From contig OZ271918.1 of the NCBI GenBank assembly GCA_965602015.1, forward strand, positions 3,296,001 through 3,360,000: a stretch of 64,000 nt of DNA, given 5' to 3'. Source of the stretch: Salinispira sp. Lineage in GTDB: Bacteria > Spirochaetota > Spirochaetia > DSM-27196 > Salinispiraceae. Position numbers and translations under genes: made by a program. A model generated the notes under the pieces. That model did no database searches. It worked only from the letters and a program-made list of their open reading frames with translations, and was not told the origin of the DNA. Positions within the stretch are counted from its first letter, which is position 1; the number at the start of each line of letters is the position of its first letter. Positions 19,502-31,085 of the stretch are shown here, one piece after another.

Positions 19502-20758
19502 TTACGTGACGGGAACTCCGGAAAAATCAAGGGTGGCGAAATAATCATCGTAGGTTTCGGCCCTGCGTATCTGTTTGAAGCTTCCGTCGGACCCGAGGAG
19601 GATCTCAGCAGACCGGAGCTTGCCGTTATAGTTAAAACCCATGGAATGACCGTGGGCGCCGCCGTCGTGGATAACCAGGAGATCTCCCACGGAAACCTCC
19701 GGAAGGCTCCGATCTATAGCGAATTTATCGTTGTTTTCGCAGAGCGAGCCGGTAACATCATAGGTTTTATCGCTCGGGGAGCCTTCCTTGCCCATTACGG
19801 TAATATGGTGATAGGCGCCGTACATGCCCGGACGCATGAGATTTGCCATCGATGCGTCGGTACCCAGGTATTCTTTGTAAATGTGTTTTTCGTGAATGAC
19901 CCGGGTCACCAAATATCCGTAGGGGCCGGTAATGACCCGTCCGTTCTCGGTGACAACTCTCAAGGGATCAAGGCCGGCCGGGACGATGAGTTCATGGTAG
20001 GCTTTTTTTATGCCCTGGGAAACCTTTTCAAGATCCACGGCCTGCTCGCCGGGCCGATAGGGGATTCCGATACCGCCGCCGAGATTAACAAATTCAATGC
20101 GAATTCCAAGCGTATCCTTGATTTCCACAGCCAGTTTAAAAAGCATGCTGGCGGTTTCCACGAAGTACGCCGGGTCCAGCTCGTTGCTGGCAACCATGGT
20201 ATGAAGGGCGAAGCGCTTGGCACCCGCCGCTTTGGCCTTCTCATATGCGGTAAAAAGCTGATCGCGGGTTAGACCGTATTTCGCTTCTTCCGGCGTGCCG
20301 ATTAACACGTTTCCGGACCTCAACGGCCCCGGATTATAGCGGAAACAGATAAGCTCGGGCATGCCGCAGTTTTCCTTCAGATAGTCAATGTGGCTGATAT
20401 CATCCAGATTGATTACCGCTCCCAAATCCTTCGCCTTCTGATATTCCGATGCCGGAGTATCATTCGAAGTGAACATTATTTGTTCGCCGCGAATTCCCAG
20501 TTTTTCCATGAGAATCAGCTCGGCCATTGAGGAACAGTCATAGCCCATCCCCTCGTCTCCGACAATCCGCAAGATGTGGGGATTGGGCAGCGCCTTGACG
20601 GCGAAGTGATTGGTAAAACCGCCGGGAACCCAGTCGAAGGCGGAATACATATACCGGGCATTTTCCCGGATAGCCGCTTCATCGTACACGTAAAACGGCG
20701 TGGGGTGATTCTTTATAATCTCCTCGAGGGTATCGAGGGTGAACGGCACATTTCGCAT
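19502..20758 (-). CDS. lysA: Diaminopimelate decarboxylase
   Basis: FAVKALPN, NLGGGIG, ENGR, GSLCENND, MGFNYN. Confidence 0.93.
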   Translation of the reverse strand: MRNVPFTLDTLEEIIKNHPTPFYVYDEAAIRENARYMYSAFDWVPGGFTNHFAVKALPNPHILRIVGDEGMGYDCSSMAELILMEKLGIRGEQIMFTSNDTPASEYQKAKDLGAVINLDDISHIDYLKENCGMPELICFRYNPGPLRSGNVLIGTPEEAKYGLTRDQLFTAYEKAKAAGAKRFALHTMVASNELDPAYFVETASMLFKLAVEIKDTLGIRIEFVNLGGGIGIPYRPGEQAVDLEKVSQGIKKAYHELIVPAGLDPLRVVTENGRVITGPYGYLVTRVIHEKHIYKEYLGTDASMANLMRPGMYGAYHHITVMGKEGSPSDKTYDVTGSLCENNDKFAIDRSLPEVSVGDLLVIHDGGAHGHSMGFNYNGKLRSAEILLGSDGSFKQIRRAETYDDYFATLDFSGVPVT

Positions 20759-20947
20759 AGTACTCTCCTGCTCGTTGTGGTCCGCCGGGCGGACTGAGAT
20801 GCATTTTTCGATGCGGAAGTATTACAGTAAACTACGGTTTACTGAGGCAATTGTCAATTCACCCGGAGCGATACATTCTTCGCAGGAAACGTCTTACGCA
20901 AGCAAATAATACCCGACAAAAAAAGTCATCTTTTTTTCCTAAATTAG

Positions 20948-20976
20948 TTGACGGTTTTACTCGGGATATATATATT
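20948..20976 (+). promoter_or_regulatory. Near-consensus sigma70 promoter with no downstream + strand gene
   Basis: TTGACG(20948)-17 bp-TATATT(20971). Confidence 0.6.
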
Positions 20977-20982
20977 CGAGTT

Positions 20983-21089
20983 TGTAAGTCTCCTAAGCGA
21001 ATATGGCGTCACTACCCCTTTGTGATTCCGTCCATTTCGTGGTTTCTGGTATGGCGCAGACGGCTTGGTACACCGTCTGCGTTTTTTTT
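20983..21089 (+). ncRNA. Candidate small RNA (~105 nt)
   Basis: Lies between the promoter above and an intrinsic terminator; no credible ORF. Confidence 0.5.
21055..21089 (+). terminator. Rho-independent terminator
   Basis: CGCAGACGG-9 nt-CCGTCTGCG followed by T8. Confidence 0.85.
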
Positions 21090-21099
21090 GCCCTCATAA

Positions 21100-21888
21100 T
21101 TACTCCGCGGAAAAATCAAATTCTTTTCGCAGGTATGCGACTACCGCGTCGTACAGGAATGCAGCGCCGCCTTCGCAGGCCTTTTCGTAGTAATCGCTGA
21201 ATCGCTGATCGTCAAGGTACATCCGCACCATGGACATATGGGCCTCCGGCGTGTACTGTTCCCACCAAAACTCGAGAAAGCGCCGGTGAAGATCGGCGCA
21301 GTGGTGGGCAGCTTCTCCCCGGGGATCACCGCTCGCCGCCGCGGCCTTCAGACTTTTGAGTACCTGATCAGACAGTATTTCGAAATCGGCGTATTCCTTG
21401 TCCGAGACGGACCTCAAGCGCATATTGGCGCTCTCCAGCGCCTGTTCGCCCCAGCGTCTTTTGACCTCTTCGCCAAAGGCGTCGGTATTCGCTTCTATTG
21501 TCTGTTCGATAAATCCCTTGAACTTGTCGCTGTTTTTCATAACTTCTCCTTTCTCTTCGCTTTTGATGCTCAACTCGACTGTTGCGAGTATTCTATTCAG
21601 GCGAGAAATCCGCTTCTGAATATCCTTTTTATGCCGTTTTAACTCATCAAGACGGGAAAAATCCGGCGACGTAATGAGCCCGCGTATGGCGTGCAGGTCC
21701 ATGTCCATCTCGCGGTAAAACAGAATGTGCTGTAATAGATCGGCTTCCCGCTGCCCATAAATGCGGTATCCCGACCGGTTTCGTCCGGCGGGCTTTAAAA
21801 GGCCGATTTGGTCGTAGTACCTCAGTGTTCTCACGCTCACACCGGCCGCAGCGGCAAGCTGGCTCACAGTCATTTCATCATTCATCAT
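21100..21888 (-). CDS. MerR family regulator with TipAS-type effector domain (Mta/TipA-like)
   Basis: VSVRTLRYYDQIGLLKP HTH; C-terminal MYLDDQRFSDYY. Confidence 0.9.
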   Translation of the reverse strand: MMNDEMTVSQLAAAAGVSVRTLRYYDQIGLLKPAGRNRSGYRIYGQREADLLQHILFYREMDMDLHAIRGLITSPDFSRLDELKRHKKDIQKRISRLNRILATVELSIKSEEKGEVMKNSDKFKGFIEQTIEANTDAFGEEVKRRWGEQALESANMRLRSVSDKEYADFEILSDQVLKSLKAAAASGDPRGEAAHHCADLHRRFLEFWWEQYTPEAHMSMVRMYLDDQRFSDYYEKACEGGAAFLYDAVVAYLRKEFDFSAE

Positions 21889-21895
21889 CTATTCG

Positions 21896-21926
21896 ATGAT
21901 AAAGGCTGACGTTGCGTAAGGGTCAA
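21896..21926 (-). promoter_or_regulatory. MerR-type promoter with 19 bp spacer and dyad operator
   Basis: Minus strand TTGACC-CTTACGCAACGTCAGCCTT-TATCAT, 7 nt before ATG. Confidence 0.8.
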
Positions 21927-21996
21927 GAGGAAAAGAAATTTATTTCACATGCCGGCGAAGGCCGCCGAATCCGGCGCTTACCCGGCTATTTGCGGA

Positions 21997-22212
21997 CTAC
22001 TCAAGATATTTTGCCCCATGGAGATTCCCGATGGAATCCGCATACACCACCACCGGGGCTCCATCGTCATCAATAATGACGTCCACGGCGATTACCCGGT
22101 CCGACACGGCAAGATCCGGTCCTGCGGGACTCCATTGCCCGCCGGGGCTTCCGGGGTGGGACATCAGCTGAATGAGGTACTGGGAATCCACCGTTCTTAG
22201 TGCGATGACCAC
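21997..22212 (-). pseudogene. Possible gene remnant or small protein
   Basis: 71 aa beta-rich, protein-like ORF (AVDVIIDDDGAPVVVYAD) with no RBS, filling an otherwise empty gap. Confidence 0.3.
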
Positions 22213-22265
22213 ATAGACTTAATTACATATCACATGATAAGCACTATTAACTATCGCGAGGGGCA

Positions 22266-23756
<1,491 letters not shown>

Positions 23757-23815
23757 GAGGACTCCTGTTCCCGCGCAAAGGCGGTATGTAGTCCCCCGGC
23801 CAGAGCCGGGGGGAA

Positions 23816-25276
23816 TTACTCCTGATGCAGGTCGTGTCGGAGTACGGGCTTCCGGTTCGCCTGTACTTCATCAAGCCGGCTAAGAACCGTGGTGTAGGGA
23901 GCGTGGTGCAGATAGTCCGGGTCCTCTTCGGCTTTCTCAAGAATGCGGACAAGTGCCTGTGCGAATTCTTCGATTTCCTCGAAGCTTTCGCTTTCAGTCG
24001 GCTCGATCATCAGGGCTTCCTTGACCGTGAGGGGAAAGTACACGGTGGGTGAATGAAAACCCTCATCGAGCAGAGCCTTGGCAATATCCATGGTGCTCAC
24101 CAGGTCCTTTTTCGGATTCGTGGCCACGAACTCATGCATGCTTTTGGTGCCGTGAAAGGCCGGGAGTTTGTCCTTGAGTATATGGCGCAGGTAGTTCGCC
24201 TTCAAAACCGCCATTTCGCTATTTCTGCGCACCCCGTCCACGCCGTGGCCCGCAATGTATGCGTATGCCCGCAGCAGAATGCCGAAATTCCCGAAACCGG
24301 TCTTCATGCGTCCAATGGTATTTGAAGGGATAAAGGTTTCATAACGGCCTCCGGCCTCGGTAATAATGGGTCCCGGCAGGAACTCCTCCAGAACCGGCAC
24401 GCAACCCACCGGGCCGGCCCCAGGGCCTCCGCCGCCATGGGGAGTACCGAAGGTTTTATGAAGATTGAAGTGCATCACGTCAAAGCCCAACTCGGCCGGT
24501 TTGACGATTCCGGCGATGGCGTTGAAATTCGCGCCGTCGCCGTACATGAGTCCGCCGGATTCATGAACCAGCGAACAGATTTCCATCACATCTTCTTCAA
24601 ATATGCCCAGAGTATTCGGGTTGGTCAGCATCATTCCCGCCAGGTCAGGGCCGAGCAGGGCTTTGAGAGCCGTTAAATCGACCTTCCCGCTGGGATCGCT
24701 GGGAACGGTTTTTACCTCGAGCCCGCACATGGTGACCGTTGCGGGGTTTGTACCGTGGGCCGTATCGGGAACGATTACGTAGCGGCGGTGCACATCGCCT
24801 CGGGCCTCGTGGTACTTCCGGATCATCATGACACCGGTCAGCTCACCCTGGGCGCCCGCCGCGGGATTCAAACTCACTGCGGAGAAACCGCTCATCTGTG
24901 AGAGCAGGTGCTGCAGATTGTAGAGAATTTCAAGGCTTCCCTGGGCTTCGGCGCTGTCCTTGGGGTGTATGCCCGCAAAGGCGTCAATGGAAGCCATGGC
25001 GTCGTTTATCCGCGGGTTGTACTTCATAGTGCAGGATCCCAAGGGATACATGTTGCTGTCTATGGAATAATTCAGGCCCGCCAATCGCGTGAAGTGGCGC
25101 ACCACATAGAGTTCATTGTGCTGCGGGAGTTTCAGGGATCCCTCTCCGCTTTCCGGGCGGGCAATGGCTGACAGGGCTTCGGGGAGCTTGTCGTCCCCGT
25201 CCTCCGGATAGATGTACTGATTTGCCCGTGAGGTGTCGATGTTTTCCCACAGAAGGGGAACCAGTTTATCATTCAC
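23816..25276 (-). CDS. gcvPB: Glycine dehydrogenase subunit 2
   Basis: [40 protein letters not shown]. Confidence 0.95.
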   Translation of the reverse strand: MNDKLVPLLWENIDTSRANQYIYPEDGDDKLPEALSAIARPESGEGSLKLPQHNELYVVRHFTRLAGLNYSIDSNMYPLGSCTMKYNPRINDAMASIDAFAGIHPKDSAEAQGSLEILYNLQHLLSQMSGFSAVSLNPAAGAQGELTGVMMIRKYHEARGDVHRRYVIVPDTAHGTNPATVTMCGLEVKTVPSDPSGKVDLTALKALLGPDLAGMMLTNPNTLGIFEEDVMEICSLVHESGGLMYGDGANFNAIAGIVKPAELGFDVMHFNLHKTFGTPHGGGGPGAGPVGCVPVLEEFLPGPIITEAGGRYETFIPSNTIGRMKTGFGNFGILLRAYAYIAGHGVDGVRRNSEMAVLKANYLRHILKDKLPAFHGTKSMHEFVATNPKKDLVSTMDIAKALLDEGFHSPTVYFPLTVKEALMIEPTESESFEEIEEFAQALVRILEKAEEDPDYLHHAPYTTVLSRLDEVQANRKPVLRHDLHQE

Positions 25277-26595
25277 GCCGCGCCTCCCCGGGCCGCAGTA
25301 TCGGCAATCAGTGTTACCAGATCATCGAGCTGGCCGCTCTTTTGCAGTTCAGTGGTGGAAATGAGAATACTGCGTTCATCAAGAGGAATTCCCGGGATTA
25401 TCCCCCGTTTTTTGCCCTCAGATAACAGCTTGTCCACAGGAAAATCACAATCGAGGGCAAACTCGCGGAAATGCACATCGGCCCGGCGGCCTATGTTCAC
25501 TCCGCCGATTTTACTCACCCTGTCCATCAGATAGTGAACATTGGATATGCAGCGCTTGGCCACTCTGGTGAGGCCGTCGCGGCCCAGAGCGGCCATGTAG
25601 ACAATAGCCCTCACCGCCATGAGCCCCTGATTCGTGCAGATGTTGCTGCTGGCTTTCTCCCGGCGAATGTGCTGCTCGCGGGTGCTCAGGGCCAGAACAA
25701 AGCCCCGTCGACCCTTGTCGTCCCGGGTTTCCCCCGCGAGCCGCCCGGGCATTTTGCGCAGCAGCCGGCCGCGGACAGCGAAAATGCCCAGGTACGGACC
25801 GCCGAAGTTTACCGGCAGTCCGAGAACCTGGCCCTCTCCGGTATACACATCGGCCCCCAAGGACCCGGGCGAGTTTATAACGCTCAAGAGCAGCGGATCA
25901 GCATGTATATGAAGCAGTATTCCCCTCCTGCTCAGCGAACGGGCGAAGTCGGCGATGTCGCCCACCCTTCCGAAGTAATCCGGAAGAAACAGGCTGACCG
26001 CCGCGCAGTCCTCAGGTACTTCAATATCTCCGTCGAAGAAATCCGCATAGGTGATTTCCGCGTCGGTAAATTGCATATAGGTAGTTAGCACTTCCCGGTA
26101 TTCCGGGTTGATTTCGCTGGCAATAAGAATACGCTTTCCGGCTTTGCTGTTGGATTCGTACATCATCCGGATGGCTTCGGCAAAGGCCGTCGCACCGTCA
26201 TAATGGGAAGCGTTCACGGTTTCCATGCCGGTGAGCTCCGCCAGATAGGTCTGATACTCAAAAAGGGTCTGCAGGGTCCCCTGAGAAACCTCGGCCTGGT
26301 ACGGCGTATAGGCTGTGGTGAAATTGCCCAGGGAACTGATGTAGTCCACGGCGGCGGGAATATAATGGTAATAGTGGCCGCCGCCGGAAAAGTTGGTCAT
26401 ACCGCTGAGGCCGGAATTCTTTGCCGCGAGGGCCGCAAAATGCTGACGAATGCTGCGCTCATCCATTCCATTCGGCAGGTTTATTTTCGGATAGCGAAGC
26501 GAATCGGGGATCTGTGAGAACAGGTCCCCCACTTCGCCGAGATTCAGGACGCCCAGTATTTCGTCGAACCGGGCCTCATTACCGCTAAAATTCAT
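25273..26595 (-). CDS. gcvPA: Glycine dehydrogenase subunit 1
   Basis: TAYTPYQAEVSQGTLQ, FGGPYLG, TREQHIRREKASSNICTNQ. Confidence 0.95.
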   Translation of the reverse strand: MNFSGNEARFDEILGVLNLGEVGDLFSQIPDSLRYPKINLPNGMDERSIRQHFAALAAKNSGLSGMTNFSGGGHYYHYIPAAVDYISSLGNFTTAYTPYQAEVSQGTLQTLFEYQTYLAELTGMETVNASHYDGATAFAEAIRMMYESNSKAGKRILIASEINPEYREVLTTYMQFTDAEITYADFFDGDIEVPEDCAAVSLFLPDYFGRVGDIADFARSLSRRGILLHIHADPLLLSVINSPGSLGADVYTGEGQVLGLPVNFGGPYLGIFAVRGRLLRKMPGRLAGETRDDKGRRGFVLALSTREQHIRREKASSNICTNQGLMAVRAIVYMAALGRDGLTRVAKRCISNVHYLMDRVSKIGGVNIGRRADVHFREFALDCDFPVDKLLSEGKKRGIIPGIPLDERSILISTTELQKSGQLDDLVTLIADTAARGGAA

Positions 26596-26984
26596 TAATC
26601 ATCGAGCTCCGCTGCATATTTTTCATAGGCTGCGGCATCCATAAGATCATCCAGTTCTGCGAGATCCGACGCCTTTATTTTGATAATCCATCCCTTTCCA
26701 AAGGGATCTTCGTTGATGATTTCCGGGTTGTCCGAAAGCTCACCGTTGACTTCGGCGATTTCGCCGCTCACGGGAACAAAAACATCGCTAGCTGCCTTGA
26801 CGCTTTCGACCACTCCGAAGGAATCTCCCTGGGAAAACTCAGCGCCAACCTCGGGCATTTCAACGAAAACCACATCTCCCAGGCTGTCCTGGGCATAGTC
26901 CGATATACCGACGACAACGACGTCGCCGTCCTTTTTGGCCCACTCGTGGGATTTTTGATACTTTACTCCGGTATCGTATTTCAT
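26595..26984 (-). CDS. gcvH: Glycine cleavage system H protein
   Basis: SHEW, GISDYAQ, VESVKAASD lipoyl-lysine motif. Confidence 0.96.
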   Translation of the reverse strand: MKYDTGVKYQKSHEWAKKDGDVVVVGISDYAQDSLGDVVFVEMPEVGAEFSQGDSFGVVESVKAASDVFVPVSGEIAEVNGELSDNPEIINEDPFGKGWIIKIKASDLAELDDLMDAAAYEKYAAELDD

Positions 26985-27026
26985 CTATTTCCTCCTGTGA
27001 TTTGCCAACAGCGGATGAGCTGACCG

Positions 27027-28142
27027 TCAAAGAGCCCGGTAAATCGGTCTTTTGACAACTTCCGCCGCTTTCCGATTCCCTCTGACCTCAATATACACTG
27101 GTTTTCCGATTTGTGAACCGCTTTGCCGGAGATAGGCGTTGGCATAAAAGCCGTCCAGACTCGGGCTGGCCATGCCGCTGCATACCCACCCGATTTCCTT
27201 TCCGTCATCGCTTAGAACCTTCATATCCTGACGGGGCATCGCCTTGTCCTTGAGGCAGAGAGTACGCAGCTTGAAGAAGTCATCCTTGCCGGCGTACCGG
27301 GCAAGGATGGCGCTCTTGCCGATAAAATCCGGGTCTTGCTCGCCGAGTTTGCAAGCCCACTTCAACAGGGCTTCCCGCGGACTGATATCTTCGGTGAGCT
27401 CATGACCATAGAGGGGATAACCCGGTTCGAAGCGCAGGCTGTCACGGGCCGCCAGACCCACCGGTCCGCAGTCAACCGAGCGGGCTTCGGCCTGTTCGAG
27501 AATGAGATGCCATAGCTGCTGTATTCTCCCGTTCGGCGCATAGATTTCCACCCCGTCTTCCCCGGTATACCCGGTCCGGGTAAAGATGCCCTCGCCAAGC
27601 AGGTCGCCCCGGGAAATGCTGTTTCGTTCCGCCAGGTCCTGAAGCTCGGCGCTGAATCCGCACAGGCCAAGCAGCTCAAGGGCCCTGGGGCCCTGCAGGG
27701 CGATCATGCCCACCTCATCGCTGACGTCGCTCAACGAGACCGCCGGCGCCATGTCCCGAATCCAGGCGAAGTCCTTTTCCCGGTTAGAAGCGTTAACCAC
27801 GAGAAAAAAAGTCTGTTCATCGAGGCGGAAATTAAAAATATCATCCAATATTCCGCCGTCATCCCGGCACAAAAGACCGTAGCTTCCGGTGCCCGCATGC
27901 ATTGAAGCCACCGGCGAACTGACGAGCATTTCGTACTGTTCCAAAGCGGCTGAATCGGGGCAATTGATAATAAAGCGGCCCATGTGGCTGATATCGAACA
28001 AACCGCAGCTGCGGCGGACCATGAGGTGTTCTGCCCGGGCGCCCGGCTGATAATTCAGCGGCATAGACCAGCCGGCAAAGTCGACCATCTTCCCGCCGTG
28101 TTGCGTATGCCAATCGTGAAGGCATGTTTGACGTAATTCCAT
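27027..28142 (-). CDS. gcvT: Aminomethyltransferase (T protein)
   Basis: FAGWSMP, FDISHMG, RTGYTGEDGVE, GLAARDSLRFE. Confidence 0.95.
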   Translation of the reverse strand: MELRQTCLHDWHTQHGGKMVDFAGWSMPLNYQPGARAEHLMVRRSCGLFDISHMGRFIINCPDSAALEQYEMLVSSPVASMHAGTGSYGLLCRDDGGILDDIFNFRLDEQTFFLVVNASNREKDFAWIRDMAPAVSLSDVSDEVGMIALQGPRALELLGLCGFSAELQDLAERNSISRGDLLGEGIFTRTGYTGEDGVEIYAPNGRIQQLWHLILEQAEARSVDCGPVGLAARDSLRFEPGYPLYGHELTEDISPREALLKWACKLGEQDPDFIGKSAILARYAGKDDFFKLRTLCLKDKAMPRQDMKVLSDDGKEIGWVCSGMASPSLDGFYANAYLRQSGSQIGKPVYIEVRGNRKAAEVVKRPIYRAL

Positions 28143-28170
28143 ACCGTACTATACACCCAGTCCAGGAAGC

Positions 28171-28413
28171 TGTGAAAAAAAACTTATCCACAGGTTATAC
28201 ACAATGGCAAATTACTGCGCGGAAACAACTTAGACGAATTTTTATACGACCTTTGATTTATTCAGTATTTATTTATCGTAAAAACCAGGATTATTTAGCA
28301 TATATGGAGTTATTTTCGATAATTTTCCATGAGCTCCGTGTTAAGACGATTTCACTACACAAATAATCAGTAGTATTTATCTATACACAGATTTTATCCA
28401 CAGCTTATGCACA
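28171..28413. promoter_or_regulatory. DnaA-box cluster (two groups of three) flanking an AT-rich spacer
   Basis: TGTGAAAAA 28171, TTATCCACA 28184, TTATACACA 28195, CTATACACA 28381, TTATCCACA 28394, TTATGCACA 28405. Confidence 0.8.
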
Positions 28414-28438
28414 AAAAAAATCCGGCCTCCCGGCCGGA
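28413..28438 (-). terminator. Terminator after jag
   Basis: Minus strand TCCGGCC-GGGA-GGCCGGA followed by T8. Confidence 0.8.
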
Positions 28439-28466
28439 CATGTATTCGCTGCTTTTGGGGACCGTA

Positions 28467-29144
28467 TTAACGGAATCCTTTGTAGATAACCCGCACCTGT
28501 TTGATGAGGCCTTCGCCCTCGCTGACGGTGTCGATGTTTTCAATATCGTTGAGGGTCGTGTGAATAAGACGGCGTTCGAACGGATTCATTGGTTCCAGGA
28601 GCTTCGATTTTTTTGTCCGGAGAACCTGATCTCCGACTTTTTGGGCGAGCCTGATCAGCGCTTCTTCACGTCGGCTGCGGTAGTTTTCCGAATCGATGAC
28701 AACCTTGATTCTCTCGTCGTGAAGCCGGCTGGCGATTACATTCGCCAGAAGCTGGATAGCGTCGAGGTTTTTTCCCTTCCGGCCGATGAGAATACCGTTG
28801 TTATCCGAATCCAATTTGAGCGCTATTTTTTCTTCTTCCCGGTACATGATGCTTACCGAAACCTGGTATCCCATTTTTTCAACCATGGTTTGGACAAAAT
28901 CCACGATGGCGTGCTCAAAATCATTTTCCGCTTCGGGATTGGGATTGTAGTAGTTTGAAGGAGTGCGCTCGTTCGCCCCTTCATGGGTGTGGACCCGTAT
29001 AACCACTTTTTTCTGCAGGTTTAAAAAACCACTCTTCTGGGTTTCAAGGATTTCAACATCGAACTGATCCCGCTCGAGACCAAGCTCATCAATGGCGATA
29101 TCCATGGCTTCTTTTTCTGTCTTTCCTTCGAATTCATAAACCAT
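28467..29144 (-). CDS. jag: Jag/KhpB (EloR) RNA-binding protein
   Basis: Jag_N domain, KH GILIGRKGKNLDAIQ, R3H ERRLIH. Confidence 0.95.
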   Translation of the reverse strand: MVYEFEGKTEKEAMDIAIDELGLERDQFDVEILETQKSGFLNLQKKVVIRVHTHEGANERTPSNYYNPNPEAENDFEHAIVDFVQTMVEKMGYQVSVSIMYREEEKIALKLDSDNNGILIGRKGKNLDAIQLLANVIASRLHDERIKVVIDSENYRSRREEALIRLAQKVGDQVLRTKKSKLLEPMNPFERRLIHTTLNDIENIDTVSEGEGLIKQVRVIYKGFR

Positions 29145-29168
29145 ATGCTCTATCTCCTGCCCGGCGGC

Positions 29169-30980
29169 TTAGCCCGCCGCCTGGGTATTTTTCTTGTGAG
29201 TAAAAAAGTTGTACAAGAGCTGTTGGCCGGTGGTGATGACGTTCTGGAAGATCCAGTACACCAGAAGACCGGAAGGCATGTTGTACATGATAAAAAAGAA
29301 CATTATCGGCATGCCCACTGTCATCATTTTCATCTGCGCATTGCTCTGGGACGCGTCGGCGGGCTGGGTCAGCTTGGTTGATATCAGCTGGGTCCCGACG
29401 AAGAGAATCGGCAGAAGACGGAGGGCATCCCAGTTCAGAAGCGGTATCGTGAAAGGGAAATTGATAATCGCTTCGGGACTCGAAAGGTCGGTAATCCATC
29501 CGGGAATAAACACGGCGCCCCGCAGGTCGAAGTGATTGTTGAACAGGCTGAACATGGCGATAAAGAAGGGGAACTGCAGAAGGATGGGCAGACATCCGCC
29601 CAGAGGATTAACTCCTTCCTTTTTGTAGAGTTCCATGGTCGCCTGATTCAGCTTCTGGGCGTCATCGCCGAACCTTTCCTTCAGGGCGCTGACCTTGGGC
29701 CCGATTTCCTTCATTTTCGCGGTTGATTCATAGCTCTTTCTGGTCAGGGGATAGAGTACCAGTTTGACCAGGATGGTCAGGAGGATAATCGAGACTCCCC
29801 AGTTGGGAATGATTCCGTAGAAGAGGTCCAAAAGCCATTTAAGGGCGTTTTCAAGCCAACCGAGCCAGGATGATTCCATCAGGGCATCGAGCTGCAGTTC
29901 CCTCATTCCTAGGCCGTTGTCCTGGGCTGAATCGTAATTGCGCAATACCTGTGCGGATTTGGGGCCGAAATAAAAGCGGAACGTGTCGGTTACCCGGCTG
30001 CTTTCGAGAGCCGGCCTGACGAGATGCAGCTGACTGCCCTGAATTCCGCCGTCGCTGGGTTCGGCGCCGAAAACGATTTGAGATCCGCTGTTGCCCGGAA
30101 GAGCGAGGGCGACAAAGTACTTGCCGTTGACTGCGGCCCAGGGAGTCAGTTCCTCGAGGCTGCGGCGCTCTCCGTCGCTGAGATTATTGATGTCTCTGCG
30201 GCGGTCTCCGTCCAGGTAACTGAATTTCCGGAAATCAGTCCGGCTGTTACGGGGTAGTTCAATAAACTCCGGTCCGATCTGGGGTCCAATGGAAATGGTA
30301 TAGGCGTCTCCCTCGAAATTCAGGGGGACGAAGTCGTTAACGGTGTTTCGGAGCTCGAGCTCCATTTCAAACATGTATTCACCGGGAACGAAGGTATATC
30401 GTCTGATCAGCTCAAAGGGCTGGTCTTCCTGCCCCCGCACCACGATGGTCTGGTAGAACTCGTAGCTGTCGTCGCTGCTTCCACGTCGGAAGTAAAACAA
30501 GGAATCGAGCAGGTCGCCGTCAATTCCGCCAAGGCTGAGGGTCAGTCCGCTTTTCTCGGCCTCGCCGAAGAAAAAGCTTAAGGGCTCACCGTTGTCCTCA
30601 TGGCTGAGAAGGTATACTTCTGAGATATTTCCACCCCGGGGATCCATTACGACCCTGAGGAATCCCGGGTCTTCATAGACAATTTCCCGCTCACTGGGAG
30701 GATCATCCTGATCGTAGAGAGCGAGGAAACTCGCACCGCCAAAATCGTACTGTCCGGGCTCGCTTTCAGCGGCAGGCTCGCCGCCTTCACCGTTCCCGGC
30801 TGTCCGGCCAGGGGAATCGGCGTCCGACACCTGGTTTTCAACCTCCGCTTGCTCCGGGAGTGCTTCGACGGTCTGCTGCGGAGGAACATCCTCGGGGGCG
30901 AAAACCACGCTCTGAATATAAAATCCGATCGCCAAAACAATGGTGGAGAGGATTACCGCGATAAGAGTATTTTTGTCCAT
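29169..30980 (-). CDS. yidC: Membrane protein insertase
   Basis: NWGVSIILLTILVK, NPLGGCLPILLQFP, PSGLLVYW; start moved to MDKNT (ATG 30980). Confidence 0.95.
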   Translation of the reverse strand: MDKNTLIAVILSTIVLAIGFYIQSVVFAPEDVPPQQTVEALPEQAEVENQVSDADSPGRTAGNGEGGEPAAESEPGQYDFGGASFLALYDQDDPPSEREIVYEDPGFLRVVMDPRGGNISEVYLLSHEDNGEPLSFFFGEAEKSGLTLSLGGIDGDLLDSLFYFRRGSSDDSYEFYQTIVVRGQEDQPFELIRRYTFVPGEYMFEMELELRNTVNDFVPLNFEGDAYTISIGPQIGPEFIELPRNSRTDFRKFSYLDGDRRRDINNLSDGERRSLEELTPWAAVNGKYFVALALPGNSGSQIVFGAEPSDGGIQGSQLHLVRPALESSRVTDTFRFYFGPKSAQVLRNYDSAQDNGLGMRELQLDALMESSWLGWLENALKWLLDLFYGIIPNWGVSIILLTILVKLVLYPLTRKSYESTAKMKEIGPKVSALKERFGDDAQKLNQATMELYKKEGVNPLGGCLPILLQFPFFIAMFSLFNNHFDLRGAVFIPGWITDLSSPEAIINFPFTIPLLNWDALRLLPILFVGTQLISTKLTQPADASQSNAQMKMMTVGMPIMFFFIMYNMPSGLLVYWIFQNVITTGQQLLYNFFTHKKNTQAAG

Positions 30981-31085
30981 AAAAATCCGTTCCTTACAGG
31001 CTTGCTGAATTTCCGGAAAAACCCGCAAAGCGCAGGGCAGCGCATAGGGCAGGGACTTAAGCGGAATGACTGTCCATTCCGGAAA

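Noticed and set aside
20759..20950. Lysine riboswitch upstream of lysA
   Set aside because: No AGAGG(U/C)GC start or multi-helix L-box pattern on the minus strand
23757..23815. SAH riboswitch upstream of ahcY
   Set aside because: Only a simple GC hairpin (CCCCCGGC-N4-GCCGGGGG); SAH aptamer motifs not seen
28143..28466. Glycine riboswitch upstream of gcvT
   Set aside because: No GGAGA...CCGAAG aptamer motifs; the region is AT-rich with DnaA boxes and gcvT looks leaderless
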